Position numbers and translations under genes: made by a program. From positions 417,741 through 481,740 of the forward strand of contig NW_005434656.1 of NCBI RefSeq assembly GCF_000315625.1: 64,000 nucleotides of DNA, given 5' to 3'. Below the pieces are notes generated by a model. The model ran no database searches. It was not told where the DNA came from and was given only the letters and a program-made list of their open reading frames with translations. Positions 1 through 12,452 of this stretch are shown here, piece after piece; position 1 is the first letter of the stretch, and each line of letters starts with the position of its first letter. The DNA is from Guillardia theta CCMP2712. Its lineage: Eukaryota > Protista > Cryptophyta.

Positions 1-1392
1 GAGGTCGTTCGGGTGCGAGGAGGAGGAGGTGCGCAGGTATGAGCAGGAGCTGCAGGAGATCCTGCGGCTGGGGATCAAGCAGGCGTCAGCCTACACCGGC
101 TACATGTTCTGCTTCACGGGAGCTCCGCTACTGGTGACCGTCGCCGTCCTCTACTTCGGGGGGCACATGGTCTTCACCCACCTCCTTCAGCCCGGCGACC
201 TCGTGGCATTCGTCTTCTACCAGCAGAGCCTCTCCCAGGCCATCAACAGCATCGGCGACGTTTACGCGGGGCTGATGCAGGCGGCAGGGGCAGCCGACAA
301 AGTCTTTGACATCATTGACAGGAGGCCTGCTACCTGCCCTCCCTCCAGCTCCTGCTCCTTCTCCTCTGCCTCCTGCTCCTCTCCCACCCACTCCTCTCTG
401 CTTCTCTCTTCCTCCAGCGAGCTTTCCAAGGAGCAGCTCCAGGGCTCGATCACTTTCCAAGAAGTCTCCCTCGTCTATCCCTCCCGCCCGGACGCGCTCG
501 TCCTCGACCGCGTCTCCTTCCACATCGATCCGGGGCAAGTCGTCGCGCTCGTCGGCTCCTCGGGCAGCGGGAAGAGCTCCTGCATCTCGCTCATCGAGAG
601 GTTCTACGAGCCGACAGGAGGAGAGGTCCTCCTCGACGGCCTGTCCCTCTCCTCCTACGACAACTCCTTCCTCCGCCGCCATATTTCCCTCGTCGGGCAG
701 GAGCCCGTCCTCTATGCCCGGAGCCTGCTGGAGAATATCGCCTACGGCCTGGGACGGGAGGTGGAGGAGGCAGAGCTGCGCAGACGGGTCACCCTCGCAG
801 CCCGGCAGGCGTGCGCTGACGAGTTCATCATGAGGATGGAAGACGGGTTCTCAACGCATGCGGGAGAGAGGGGTAGTCACCTCAGCGGGGGGCAGAAACA
901 GCGCATTGCCATTGCTCGTGCGCTGGTTCGAAATCCCTCGATCCTCCTGCTGGATGAAGCAACGAGCGCCCTCGACACTGCAAGCGAAGCACAGGTGCCT
1001 GTCCATTCTACCTCCCTTCCCCTCTCTCCTTTTCCCTCCTACCTCCCATCCCCTCCTACCTCCTCTCCTCTGACTCCTGTCGACAGGTGCAGAAAGCGAT
1101 CGACGAATCAATGAAAGGGAGAACGGTCCTCGTGATAGCTCATCGCCTCTCAACGGTACGTCCACTCTCTCCCCTCCTTCCCCGCCCTCTCTCTCTCTCC
1201 TCTCTCTCCTCCTCTCTCCTCCTTCCTCTTCCTACCTCTCCTTCCTCCTCACTGCTCTCTCAGATCCAGCGAGCTGACAAGATCATCGTCCTTTCCAACG
1301 GCCTCGTCGTCGAGCAAGGGACGCACAAGGAGCTGTTGGAGGCGGGAGGAGCGTACGCTGAGCTCGTCTCGAAGCAAGTGTCCATAGACTGA
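1..1392 (+). CDS. ABCB-type (TAP/ABCB9/ABCB10-like) half transporter, 3' part; exons <1-994, 1087-1155, 1264-1392
   Basis: End of TM domain ([10 protein letters not shown]), Walker [10 protein letters not shown]-loop VGQEP, signature LSGGQKQR, Walker [14 protein letters not shown]-loop IAHRLST; GT-AG introns 995-1086 and 1156-1263 restore the frame. Confidence 0.93.
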
Positions 1393-1531
1393 TGCAAGCC
1401 ACGCTGCTGCTACCTCGTCCACATTCACTCGAGTAAAATACAAACCAAACCTCCCCTCCTCCTCCTCCTCCTCCCAGTCCCGCCCGGCCCGCCTTCCTCC
1501 TGCCTCGCGTCCCCCACAACCTCCGACCGCC

Positions 1532-1757
1532 TCACGAATCGCTCTTGTACTGCTTGCACAGCTCGCTGAAGGTGGGTCGCTGACCTGACAGGAGGTCACT
1601 CAAGCAGCTCCGGCATGTCCCTTCTCACCCGCATCGCTCGTCCAGCATCGCGTCATCATCGCCCAGTCATCATCCGTACAGCTTAAAAAGAAACAAAGTG
1701 AGAGGAGAAGGAAGGAGAGGACGAGGACGAGGACGAGGACGAGGCGAGGATGAGGAT

Positions 1758-1803
<46 letters not shown>

Positions 1804-4640
1804 CGAGGACGAGGACGAGGCGAGGACGAGGACGAGGACGAGGCGAGGATGAGGATGAGGATGAGGACGAGGACGAGCATCCGGTTGCTTACTCAGCAAG
1901 TCTTGTGAGCGTCGATCCCTTCAGCACCTGCTCAGCTCCTCAACGACCAGCAGACACCAGCTGCTCGCCTCCTCACCTTGACCTTCACCACAGACTCCGC
2001 AACAGACAGCGTGAAAGGAACTTCGCCGTTGGCATACACCTGCCATGCCCTGCCGAGACGTTAGGGGAGCCGAGGCAGCACGTGACTCCTCACGTGACTC
2101 CGAAGGCCCAGACGTCGCTCTTCTCCGACCAAGGAGCCGACCACCTGCCCAGCAAGTCACCTCCTGCTCCTCAGGCCCCGCGTCTCCTTACACATGCTGG
2201 GATCTAAGGATCTCTGGAGCAGCCCATCGCACAGCAATCACTTCCTTCTCCTGGCTCCCTGCTGCACCATCGTCACCCCCCGACCGAGACAAACAGGCGA
2301 CAGACCTCCTGAGAACGGCTTGGGAGGAGGGATAGGGTGGCCCATTTTCACGGCCATGCCAAAGTCAGTGATCTTAGCGACGATGGGGTTCTCGTTATGG
2401 ATGAGGATGTTGTGGGCAGCGAGGTCACGGTGGATGATCTTGCAGGACGCGACATGTCGCATGCCCCGGCAGACCTGATGGATGATATCGTGCTTCTGCG
2501 GTACTGTCACCTTGCTTCCCTTCTGCGCCAGCCAGTCGCTGAGGATGCCGTACTTGCACCACTCCAGCGCTATGCAGACGCCGCCATCGCCGTAGCGGAA
2601 GGTGCCGAGGCAGTGGACCACGTGGGGATGCTGGGAGATGCAGCCCAGGATCGCGACTTCCTTCTGGATTTCAGCGTTCCCCTCGCATCCTCCTCCTCGA
2701 TGCTTCAGCACCAGGATCGTTTCATCCCCCATGGTCCCCAGGTAAGCATTCTTGAAGGAGCCGCACGCGATCGGGCTCCTCATATCTACAACGGCTGGTC
2801 CCAGCACTCGCGGTTTCTCCTGCTGCTTCTGTCCCTTCATCTGCTTCGCCGGGTCTTCCGGTGGTCTCGCAGCCTCGGGCGCAGCTGGGCTACTGCTGGG
2901 GGCACTGCACTGCTGCTTGACCGGGTTGCTTTCTACAGGCTTTGGCTTGGGGTTCCAGTAGAGGGAGGCGTCGTACCCGAGGATCTGCGACTGCTCCACT
3001 GGGTCCTTGACGCCGATGGCGATGAGTTGTGCAACTTCCCTTGCTCGCCGAATTTCCATGTCCTCGTCTGCCCTCTCACTCCTCAACGGCAAGCTGACCT
3101 GTGGCTGGCTCGCGGGTTGTGGGGAATGTACTGAAGTTCCAAGAATCCTTGCCTGCTCTTCTGGATCCGTGACTCCGATAGCTATCAGCTGCTCCAGGGT
3201 CACTTCATTCTTCCTCCTCTCAACGCTCTCTGACTGCACAGCGTCGTGATCTGAGTTAAAGCGTTGAGGAGCGCTGCTTTCTGAGTTTAAATACTGTGAA
3301 ACAAGGTTGTCTGAGTTCAAATACTGTGAAACATTGCTGTCTGGATTGAAGTACTGTGAAACACTGTTGTCTGAATGAAATTGCTGTGGAACATCGATGT
3401 CTGGGTTAAAGTACTGGGCTACGACATCTTGATTTGGCTTTGCATCCTCTGGTTTGGGGTCCAAGGGAACACTGTTTGGAATGAATTCTTCTCCATTGTG
3501 GAATAAATCATCCTGAAGGTTTAGCTGCGACAGAGGCTTTTGCAGATCATCGGCGTCTCCATCGTTTGATAGCGATTGCACAATCGTAGCGTCCTTGTCT
3601 TCTCGACAAACTCCTGATGTTTGCTCGATGTTGACATTTTCATCTGCCACTGCAGGAGTCTCTTCCTTGATGCGCAAAGCGTTGGCTCCGACGGGCTCTG
3701 TGAGGCTTGGAGAAGCATCAAGATCGCCACTCAACGAAAACGCCTGCTCCTCATTTGAGTGCAAACTCCGCCCCCCCCCCTCCCCCGGCCCGCCACGTAA
3801 ATGCAGGACTCACAATCGAATGATGTACTCCGCTCTTGTTGTAGTGGTTCCCAGACGTGCCTTCACACTGAACCAATGATTGCCCGCGCATCTACCCAAC
3901 ATCGAACTTAGAAGAAAAGCAATTCAACCGAAGATTTGAAGCCAAATCTTATAAACCTCCCGCTTACCTCGAAGCTACGGACAAGAGTTAAACTCGTAGT
4001 CTCAAACCCCTGCCAGCCATTGAGACACTGTTGCGTCCATGATCGATCTCGATTACCATGCTAGCTGTACATATCACCATGCTTACAAGTGATCCCTCCC
4101 TCCCCGACAAGAGATTGGCTACCTGAGAACACAGTCTCAGCTGCTGAATGTGGCATTCGCTTCTCACCTCCTTCTCATTCAAACCTCTGAGGATCTCCCC
4201 GTTGATTGCGTGCACCTGTACAGCTCACCTCACGAGTTCACAGGAACGGAGTGGCTGAGATTGGTCACCTCCACGCCGACAGAGAGCGCGTCATAATGTG
4301 TAGTCGACAACTCAGAACTTCTTATCGTGTATGCCCCGCTAGCGCACTTGTTGAGGTGCACACCGGGATGGTATGCTACAGCAAGACCGTTCGATGCGTG
4401 CTCATGGGCTGAGTTGACACCTGAATGTTGATCTAGTTGCGTCGTCCAACCAGCATCAAGAGCATTCGTTTTTGTTCTTGAGGTGGAAGGAGATGGGCTG
4501 TTCGACTTGCTGCTTCGTGCTGTTTCATCCTCTTTCATGCTTGCCGAATTTGCAAAGACAGCCCTAGCTTGAGAGAACGAGATTGAGTCAGTGCTTTGAG
4601 ACGTGTCCGAATCGATCTTTGGGCTGGAAACACCAAACAT
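1532..4640 (-). CDS. Multi-exon protein kinase with tyrosine-kinase-type signature, N-terminal PDZ-like domain and internal repeats
   Basis: ORF 2238-3764 has GSFKNAY, HPHVV, HRDLAAHN, KITDFG. Spliced 3' exons read IAVRWAAPE, KSDVWAFGVT, WQVYANGEVPF, CWTSDAGQRPTFSEL, stop at 1532-1534. Upstream exons VHAINGEILRGLNEKE/VANLLSGREGSLV are PDZ-like. Start codon uncertain. Confidence 0.8.
1720..1876 (+). repeat. (GAGGAC/GAGGAT)n microsatellite inside a kinase intron
   Basis: Direct tandem hexamer repeats. Confidence 0.9.
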
Positions 4641-5049
4641 CAAAATTGGACCAAAACATAGTTGAGTATCTAATCTCACCCAACTTCTCCCATCTTGTCC
4701 TATTCCCCAGCTTTGCGAAACGTTGCGCCAGCAAGAACAGTCACAGGAATTTTGAACTTGAACGAAAACTTGATGCGAAACGAATGGAAGCAAAGATTTT
4801 TGTACCAGACAGCAACTTTGGAACTGATGTTTGGAACCAGCAGCTCCAAGTTGAGAACAGGTTTAGATGCCAACGCGATGGGAGGCAAGGCAAGCAATAC
4901 ACGGGAAGATGAAGACTTTGACCAGGATGATTGTGATAATATCAACGAGGGAGATGACGAGGAGGCAGAGGAGAAGTTGGAAAAGTAGAGAGGGGAGGAA
5001 AGGGAGAGGAGGGAGAAGGATGGGTAAGGAGGGAGGAGGGAGGAGGGAG

Positions 5050-5190
5050 GACGAAGGACGAAGGACGAAGGAGGGGGGAGGGAGGAGGGAGGACGAAGGA
5101 CGAAGGACGAAGGACGAAGGACGAAGGACGAAGGACGAAGGACGAAGGACGAAGGACGAAGGACGAAGGACGAAGGACGAAGGACGAAGG
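5050..5190 (+). repeat. (GACGAAG)n heptamer tandem repeat
   Basis: Tandem gacgaag units upstream of the kinase gene. Confidence 0.9.
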
Positions 5191-5743
5191 AGGAGGGTTG
5201 GAGGACTGAGGCGAGGGATGTTTCAGGTCATCCCCGCTTGCTCAGCCAACTCTCCTGCCATGGAGCCCTATCAGCTGGCAACTTACCACCCCTCTGCCAT
5301 ATCACCCCTACAGCATGCTACATCCCACATTGAGGCACCTACTCGTATTTTAACCCCTGCATTTCAGATTCATTTAATGGGATAAGTGGGGGTACTCAAT
5401 TTAAAAGGGGTCTTTGACGGAGGGTAGTCTCGCAGGGGTAGTGTGATTCCAGGGGTGGAAGGATTGGAATGAACAGTAGGCTAGTCACGAGTGTGCCGTG
5501 AACGCCGGGTCGGACAGCCCGGGGCCCGGGCTGCGGCCCGGCCGGCCCGGGCCGGGTTCCGAAGTTCATGTCACTGTCAAGTTAAGCACCTGAGGCCGGG
5601 CGGCCCGGGGCCCGGCGGCGAGTACCGGCCCGGGGGCGCCACGGTAGGCTAGTACTACTAGCCGCGGAAGCCCGCGCTGCGCGGGTCAACGAAGTCGCGG
5701 GGGCCACGCTGCCACAGGCTGTAACCTGGCCACCGCTGGCTGC

Positions 5744-8171
5744 TCAGTTGCGATCCCCAGGCCCCGCCGCACCGTGACTGCTGCTGTGCCCGCCGGGCCC
5801 CGACCCGGCCCGGGGAGTCTTACTCCCGGGGCGTCCGGTGAAGGACGAACTTGAAGCTTGAGACTCCCGAGATGCTCTCTGCTCCGTCATCGACACGTAG
5901 GTGTTGTCTTCCCGCTGCTGTGACCTGTGAAGTCGAGGAGAGAAGTTGAGGGCGAGGGCGGCGGCTCCTCCTGGCACAGGGCGGTGAGAGAGAAGAAGGT
6001 TGGGGACGCCTGTCATCTGACGAGGCGTCAAGAGCATCTGTGACGGACTCGGAGGTTTGTGTGCTGGAGATGGATGATGAACCAGGAGGGCTGCTGGTTG
6101 TTTGCTCGGCCCTCTCTCGGGGCCTGTCAAGTTTGGAGAGCCAACGTCGTAGGTCGCGATGGTTGGGTTTGCAACGCTCTGCTGCAAGAGGATGGCTGGT
6201 CCGATGAGCTTCTGTTGCGGTGAGGTCTCCTGGGGCCCTTGCTCCTGCCGTGAGGGAAGAGGAGCAACTCGTGCTGGCAGGGAGGGCTGCTGCTGCTTCT
6301 CCAGCTGCTTGAGCAACTCTGCCTTCTTCTGGGCCTCCTCTTGCGCTGCCGCTATGATTTCAAGCTTCTTCCTGATGGAGTACTGCCAACACATGGAGGT
6401 CAACGACGCACCAAGAGCCCTTCACTCACCTCGCGGTACCGACGCGCGCTGTGCCCGTCTTCTTGGGCCACGTCGTCGGACCAGCGAAGCTTGGTTGCTT
6501 TGGAAGCAGCAGGTCGAGATTCATCGGTCGAGTCGTCTTGATAATCGCAAGGGAGGAGCTCTTCCCCTTTTCTCTTGTCTTGCTCCTCGTCTATGTCGTT
6601 CCCCAGCTCGATGGCCAGCACGGCAGCCTTGACAACTTCAGGCGGCTTCTCTGTCAGCTGGGGTCGATATTTGATGACCCGCATGGTCAGGAGCTGCTCC
6701 TGCACGAAAGGATGTTCGCTGGGAGGCATCAGACCCTTGGGTCCCACCACGCGGGGCCCGTCAGCCGTTGCCACGTGCTGCGGGGAGTAGGGCGATCGCT
6801 TCCCAGGCTCCAGCACTTCCCTCACCGCAGCCATGGCAGCTCCCAGCAGGTTTCGTTTGCGCGTGGCAGAGTCTGAGCTGGTCGTTGGCCTGTCGTTAGG
6901 AGGAGGAGACGCGCTTCTTGTTGCTCGGTGAACTTTCTTGAGGCAGCTGGAGGAAGGGGAGGCCAGGGGATTGTAGCGAGTCCTGGGCCCTTCCTCCTCT
7001 ACCGCCTCGTCTTCGTTTGCGTCCAATTCTGCTGCTGTCTCTGCTTCATAATCCATGCCAGCGACGTCCAAGTCGAGGCCATTGAGCAGCAGCTCCACGC
7101 GTCTTCTCTGATGCTCGATCATCTCCGTGATGCTGTCAAAGATGTTGGCGACCTCCCATGGGCTCTTGTCTTGGTGCCAGGGCTCCCTTCCATCCCCAGG
7201 CCCTTGCAGCCTCAACTTGTCCGATGACGCCATCCTCAGCTTCCTCTCTCTCCTCGCCCTCAAGACTTTCTCCTTAGCCAGTTGACGTTCAATGTCGTCA
7301 ATCAGCGCCTCCATCTTGTCTTGAGGGCTTGGCAGGAGCGTTGTGCTCCTGTTGCCTGCAACGGCGTCAGCACATCATACAGGTGGCTTCATAAGAGCCT
7401 CTCTCACCGGAGGGTGACGGAGAAGATCGATTGTGGAGGACTAGAAGAGTGATTTCCTTGCTAACATTCTCAACAAGCTCAAATGCTGAGATCAAGTCCA
7501 TCCCGCGAACCTCCTTGTCATTGATCGCCAAGATCATGTCGCCAACTACAAGCTGACCACTGAGGTCCGCAGGCCCTCCTTCCTCCACGTCAGCCAACGC
7601 GGATAGCAGCTGCTCTTACCTGGGATGATCTCTGAGATCACCAGGTGCTCAGAGTGTCTCTGCCATTCGAAGCTAGAAGAGAGCATGAGAAGGAGAGGGA
7701 GGGAGGGAGAGAGAGTCAGCGGGAGATGAATCCATGAGAGCTACCTGAGGCCGAGGGCAGTGAGAGGCGTGGAAGGGATGCCATCAGCTGGTCTCAGGCA
7801 CTTGAGGCGAACTTGCATGGGAGAGAGCAAGAGCTCGCTGTCACTGGACCCCCTTCCTGTCTTGTCTAGTTCTGTTGGATACACGTCACCGTCCTCTCGC
7901 TCCTGCCTCCCTCATCACCTTCGCGCACAGAGTCCACCAGCGCTATGGTCAGCTGATCAGAATCATCATGCTCGCTGGAGAACCGGCTGTTCTCTATCGA
8001 CGTCCCTCTTGCAAGAAACTCTTCGGTTGACGTGTCATCCTCTGCTGCGACATCCACCCGGTCCTCAGTCTCTTCGCTCGACTCCACAAGCAGCGAGCCC
8101 GAGAAATCCACGGCATCATACACGTCGAACGCGTGTACTGGCGACGTTGGCGTGTCCTGCTCGTCGAGCAT
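5744..8171 (-). CDS. Multi-exon PDZ-domain / coiled-coil / low-complexity protein
   Basis: Spliced exons give LTALGLS/FEWQRHSEHLVISEIIPG/GPADLSGQLVVGDMILAINDKEVRG (PDZ). Long ORFs 6400-7314 and 5744-6403 follow. 5' end uncertain. Confidence 0.7.
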
Positions 8172-9480
8172 GGGACAAGTTGCAACGCAAGTACAAGGAG
8201 GTGACAGGAGGGGCGACTCTGAGGTTATCTGCGCATGAGCCCTGAGAGCGGAAGAGAAGGAGAGTCAAGGCAATGTCGTGCTCGATGACTCAACTCACAC
8301 AAACTTGGAGCTCAGCAGATCAGAAAGCGGCGCAAGCCTGGCCGGGCAAGGAGCCGCCTGATCGGATCGTCACTCACTCAGCGCTTGCCAGGGCAGAGCA
8401 GCAGACCTTGTGAGCCCTCGAACGACTTGAAGATGAACAAGAGAGAGGAGACTGGCTCGAGACAAACTTTAGCCGCTGAGCCGTGCTGGGGAAAGAGAGC
8501 CGGGGCGGGGAGCTGGCAGTACGGCGTAAGCCCCGTGGCTACCGTTCAACGTCACGGTACGGTCCCTCCTATGACGCCCTGCTACAAGTGGGGCGAAGTT
8601 TTATGCTCTGCTCAGTGCTGCTCAGCCTGCCGCCCGTGTGCGCAAGCTCCGGGCCCTCCGGGCCCCGGGCCAGGCGACTCAACGGCGGCAGCCCGGGCCG
8701 CGGCTGGGCGACCGGCCGGCCGTGCGGGTTAAGTTGACTCCCCTGGCAGAGTTGACACTGTACCCAACCCCAACCCCATGTCGCCTCCACCACCCCCACC
8801 CTTTCATTACACCTCTTTTAAGTATTGATTACCCTACCATTCCAGCATTTTCATAACCACCCTACCCCTACATTCCCTGATGTTTTAAGCTTTCGTCGAC
8901 TACAATTCTCAGGGTATATTTTATTTCACCCCACCGAGCAAGAAACCTTTAATGGTACCCCTCATATTTAGTACTAATCTCACGTAAACCACCCGTACTT
9001 GGTAGACCCCCCACAATCCTCACCCCCTCTTGATCATCACCTGTTTACAACGGAAACCGATGGAGTACCCCACCCTCTATTACCAAGTACCCCTTCCAAA
9101 TATGCCTCAGTTATGGCAAAGGGGTGGGTAGAAAGAGTTCATTGCAGGGGTACACTGTCTCCAACGCTTCCTTCCCCTAAGAAACTTCACGCTCGTTCGA
9201 GCTCTGCCCCTTTCGTCCTGCCCCCCCTCCTCCTCTCCTTCTTTTTCCGTCCTCTACCCTCCTACATATTGTTTCCGACTGTGTAACAAGTCTGTCTCCG
9301 CTTATCTTTCACTCACGTCCTTCTTCCTCTACTGATTTCTTCTCTTCCCTTCACTAATCTCATTGACACATCCAATATTAATTCAACCCTCCATTTTATT
9401 CGTCTGCGTCTTCCCAAGCAAGAAGTGTTAATCCTCGAATCTCAAACAGTACCATCTTGCCTTGATTACCATCAGTGAAG

Positions 9481-10322
9481 ATGGGTTGTGGATCAAGTAC
9501 ATCTGCGAGAGTCGCTCCTATCATCCCCATGGCAAGAACAGGAGATGAAGGGCACAGGAAGCTTGCCTTCGCCAGCAAGGAGGAAGTCAATGAAGTCAGA
9601 CATGCCGAGATGACGGATGAGGAGCGATCCCGAACAAGCACACCGCAAACCCAACTTGACCACGATCGTGCTCAAGGCTCGCCAAACCGCGAATCTGCAC
9701 ATTGCGATCGAGACCCGGCGACAGCAGATGTGCTTGTTACAGACTCACCTGAAGAGAAGAAGCACGGGTTGTATCCCAAAGTAGATGGAGGAGAGCTTCC
9801 TACCATCATCGAGCCTCTTCCTCCGCCCAGCGATGTGGACAGCATGGCCCTCCCTGTAAGGAACGACACCGTCCCGCACTGGGAGCGGGAGGAGGCAGCG
9901 ATCCCAGCGACACCGACGTTCAGCTCGAAGAGGCCAGGAAGCTCTTCTGGAAGAATCGTGGTGTACAAGACGGAGAAGTCCAAGAAGATGGAGGAGGAGG
10001 CGAAGAAAAGGAGGAACAAGGTAGCGGAGCCACTCGAGTGTGCGGACCTAGTCTCACTACTTGTTGCAGAGCAAAGAGGCAGGAGGTGATATCAAGTCTA
10101 AGAGACTGCCCCCTCTCAAGGAGTGGAAGAAGAAATGTATGAATCAGGAGGAGGCGGGGAGCCAGTGGTTGTCGCAGTCCGAGATGAGCAGGTCGCGAGT
10201 TTGAGAGTGTCCCGCATGCTGTCTAACTTGGCTGCAGGAAGTGGACGGGAAGCTCTGGAGGAGAAGCCTGGACTTTAGTGACCAAGGACTCGGCAGAGGA
10301 GCCTGCAAGCTCGGAGGACTGA
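9481..10322 (+). CDS. Hypothetical protein with N-terminal myristoylation/palmitoylation motif; 3 exons
   Basis: Starts MGCGSS; introns at ~10021-10069 and ~10192-10237 give an open frame ending ...EEPASSED*. Confidence 0.65.
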
Positions 10323-10560
10323 CGAGGAATGTTGATGAATGGGATGTGTGCCAGGAATTCGAACAAAGAAAATCTTTTCAATATTATTCTACACAAGAAG
10401 CTCCATCAGCAGCTGCTCTTGAAGCCAACCGCCCTCCCCGGATGGAGGGAATAACAGATTGTACAGACTAAATTGACACGACCAATGGGATCACTCTGCT
10501 CTTTCCTCGATCCCCCTTGATCCCCATACATCTTGAAACACGCGCCACCCCCCGAGGGCT

Positions 10561-12452
10561 TCAGGTATTCCGGGCCAACACAGCAGGGTGAGGCTGCAGG
10601 TATGCGGAGGCTGCTTGCAGGTTGTACGCCGAAGCCTGACTCAAGTCCATGGGATTCACCTAGCAGTCATGAGGATGCACATGAAAGTTGGAGCACGCGT
10701 TACCTTCGCCATCCCCGCGCTGTTCATGGCGCCCATCACTCGCTGGTATCCTTCTACCTGCGGCCTTGGACCCACAACGGCTGTCGCCGAGAGGGGCAGA
10801 CCATGCTGGGGGAGGCCGGCTATGTGTCCTGCAGTACGTGAGTGAGACTAGGTCGGATTGAAGACGATTCTCCCTCCCCTCCTCACCGTATGCCTGCCAT
10901 GCGTTGGGCTGCATCGCTCGAATGTCGTTGTTCATCACCATCCCCATTTGCACGAGGTTATGATCTAACAACCGCACATGTCAGGAGATGAAGCAGCAGA
11001 CATTCGTCACTAATACCGAGACTTCGCTTTGCCGCCTGCTCTGCCCTTCTCTGTCGATACCTGTAGGCTACAGACATAGTCAGCAATACCCCGTGACCAA
11101 CTTCCATCTTCACCTTTGCAGTGTCGGTGCGCGCGGTTACAAACTTGAATAGCGCAGCAGCAGACCTTGCGGCATATCGGGCACAACCACTTCCCGTCGC
11201 AGAGCTCTTTCAACCCCCTGCAGCGAAATCAGACGAGCAGAAAGCACACAGGGCAGGTGCTCACCGGCCATCAGGAGGAACGACGTCATGCAAGTGCGTC
11301 ATCAGGCAATGCTCACAGAAGCGCCTGGCAGTAGGATGAGCGCATGTTCCGACGATCTCACTTCTTAAGTCACCTTGCACACTCCATGTTTTCGCAAGCC
11401 AACATGCTCGTGATCCTCTTGACCTGCAGTTCCTTGTCATCATCACGGCCCATCACAAGCGTCCTGCTCACCTTCACATGCTGACAGAAGTGACAGTATT
11501 TGTTGTGCTTGGCATCGGCCGACTCCCCATCCTTTCGTGACAAGCACTCAGCCCGCTTGAACTAACCTCAACCATGAAGCAGTACCTGGCTCTCAGCTTG
11601 GTGCGCTGAAGCCTGAGTTGCAGTAGCAGCTGGGCTTGCAACCGCAGGACTCTGCGCAGAAACCTGGCTCACTGGAGCACTCACACTCGGCGATGAGCTG
11701 ACTGCTGGTTCCCTCGCTGCTGGTCGGGGGTCTGGAGGTTGACTGGGTTTCACGTTATGGGAGGGGGAGAACGAAAGAGCTTTGAGTTGGTTCGCCACGT
11801 CATCGTTCACTGTCAGAGGTGTCAGCTCATGATCAGATGAATCACACGACTACTCACAGGCATTGGCTTGCGTAGCAGCGATGAGGTCACGGAGAGGCGG
11901 CAGCACGATAGGAGTACCCACATTCTCAGTGACATCAGGAGGCAGAACATTGCTCTCCCTCTTGACGTTACTCTCCTTCTTGACGTTACTCTCCTTCTTG
12001 ATGTTGCCCTCCTTCTTCGCTGCTGTGGACTGGTTCTCAGTCGAGCTGAGCTGCATCAGCGCGGATGCTGCCTGGTTCTCGCCCCCGTCCGAGAGGGAGC
12101 TGGAGCGACTTCTCGGGACGGACTCGACGAGGGCGGATAGGTTCGAGTGCGACGAGCTGGTCGCCAGCTTCCCTCCGTTCTCTCCCCTCCCTCGTTTCAG
12201 CTCCTCGTATCCATGCTGGTCCGAAGGGTTGAACGAGAGCCCGAGAGAAGCCAGGGACGGCAGCTTCGCGGCGTCCAATTCCTGGGTGCTCCCAGGCTCC
12301 TCAAGGCAACCGAGTGACTTGGACCTGCGCATGGTAGCAAGGGGTGTGAATGTCGCTCCGCTCGATGAGCGTGGAGAGTCTTTCGTGCTGCCAGCATCGG
12401 ACTGGTTTTCGATCGCGTTCTGCAGCTCCTTCAAGCTGAAGGATCGCTTCAT
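10561..12452 (-). CDS. zf-4CXXC_R1 zinc-finger protein (CDCA7/JmjC-RING-type Cys cluster), probable chromatin or transcription regulator
   Basis: Spliced exons give KYCHFCQH...ACENMEC...RRFCEHCL...WLCPICRKVCCC...C...HRHCK; Ser-rich N-terminus with 18-bp KKESNV repeats (~11960-12010). Confidence 0.75.

Noticed and set aside
1600-2207. Poly-PR, poly-LV and poly-ED ORFs
   Set aside because: Translations of an intronic hexamer microsatellite within the kinase gene
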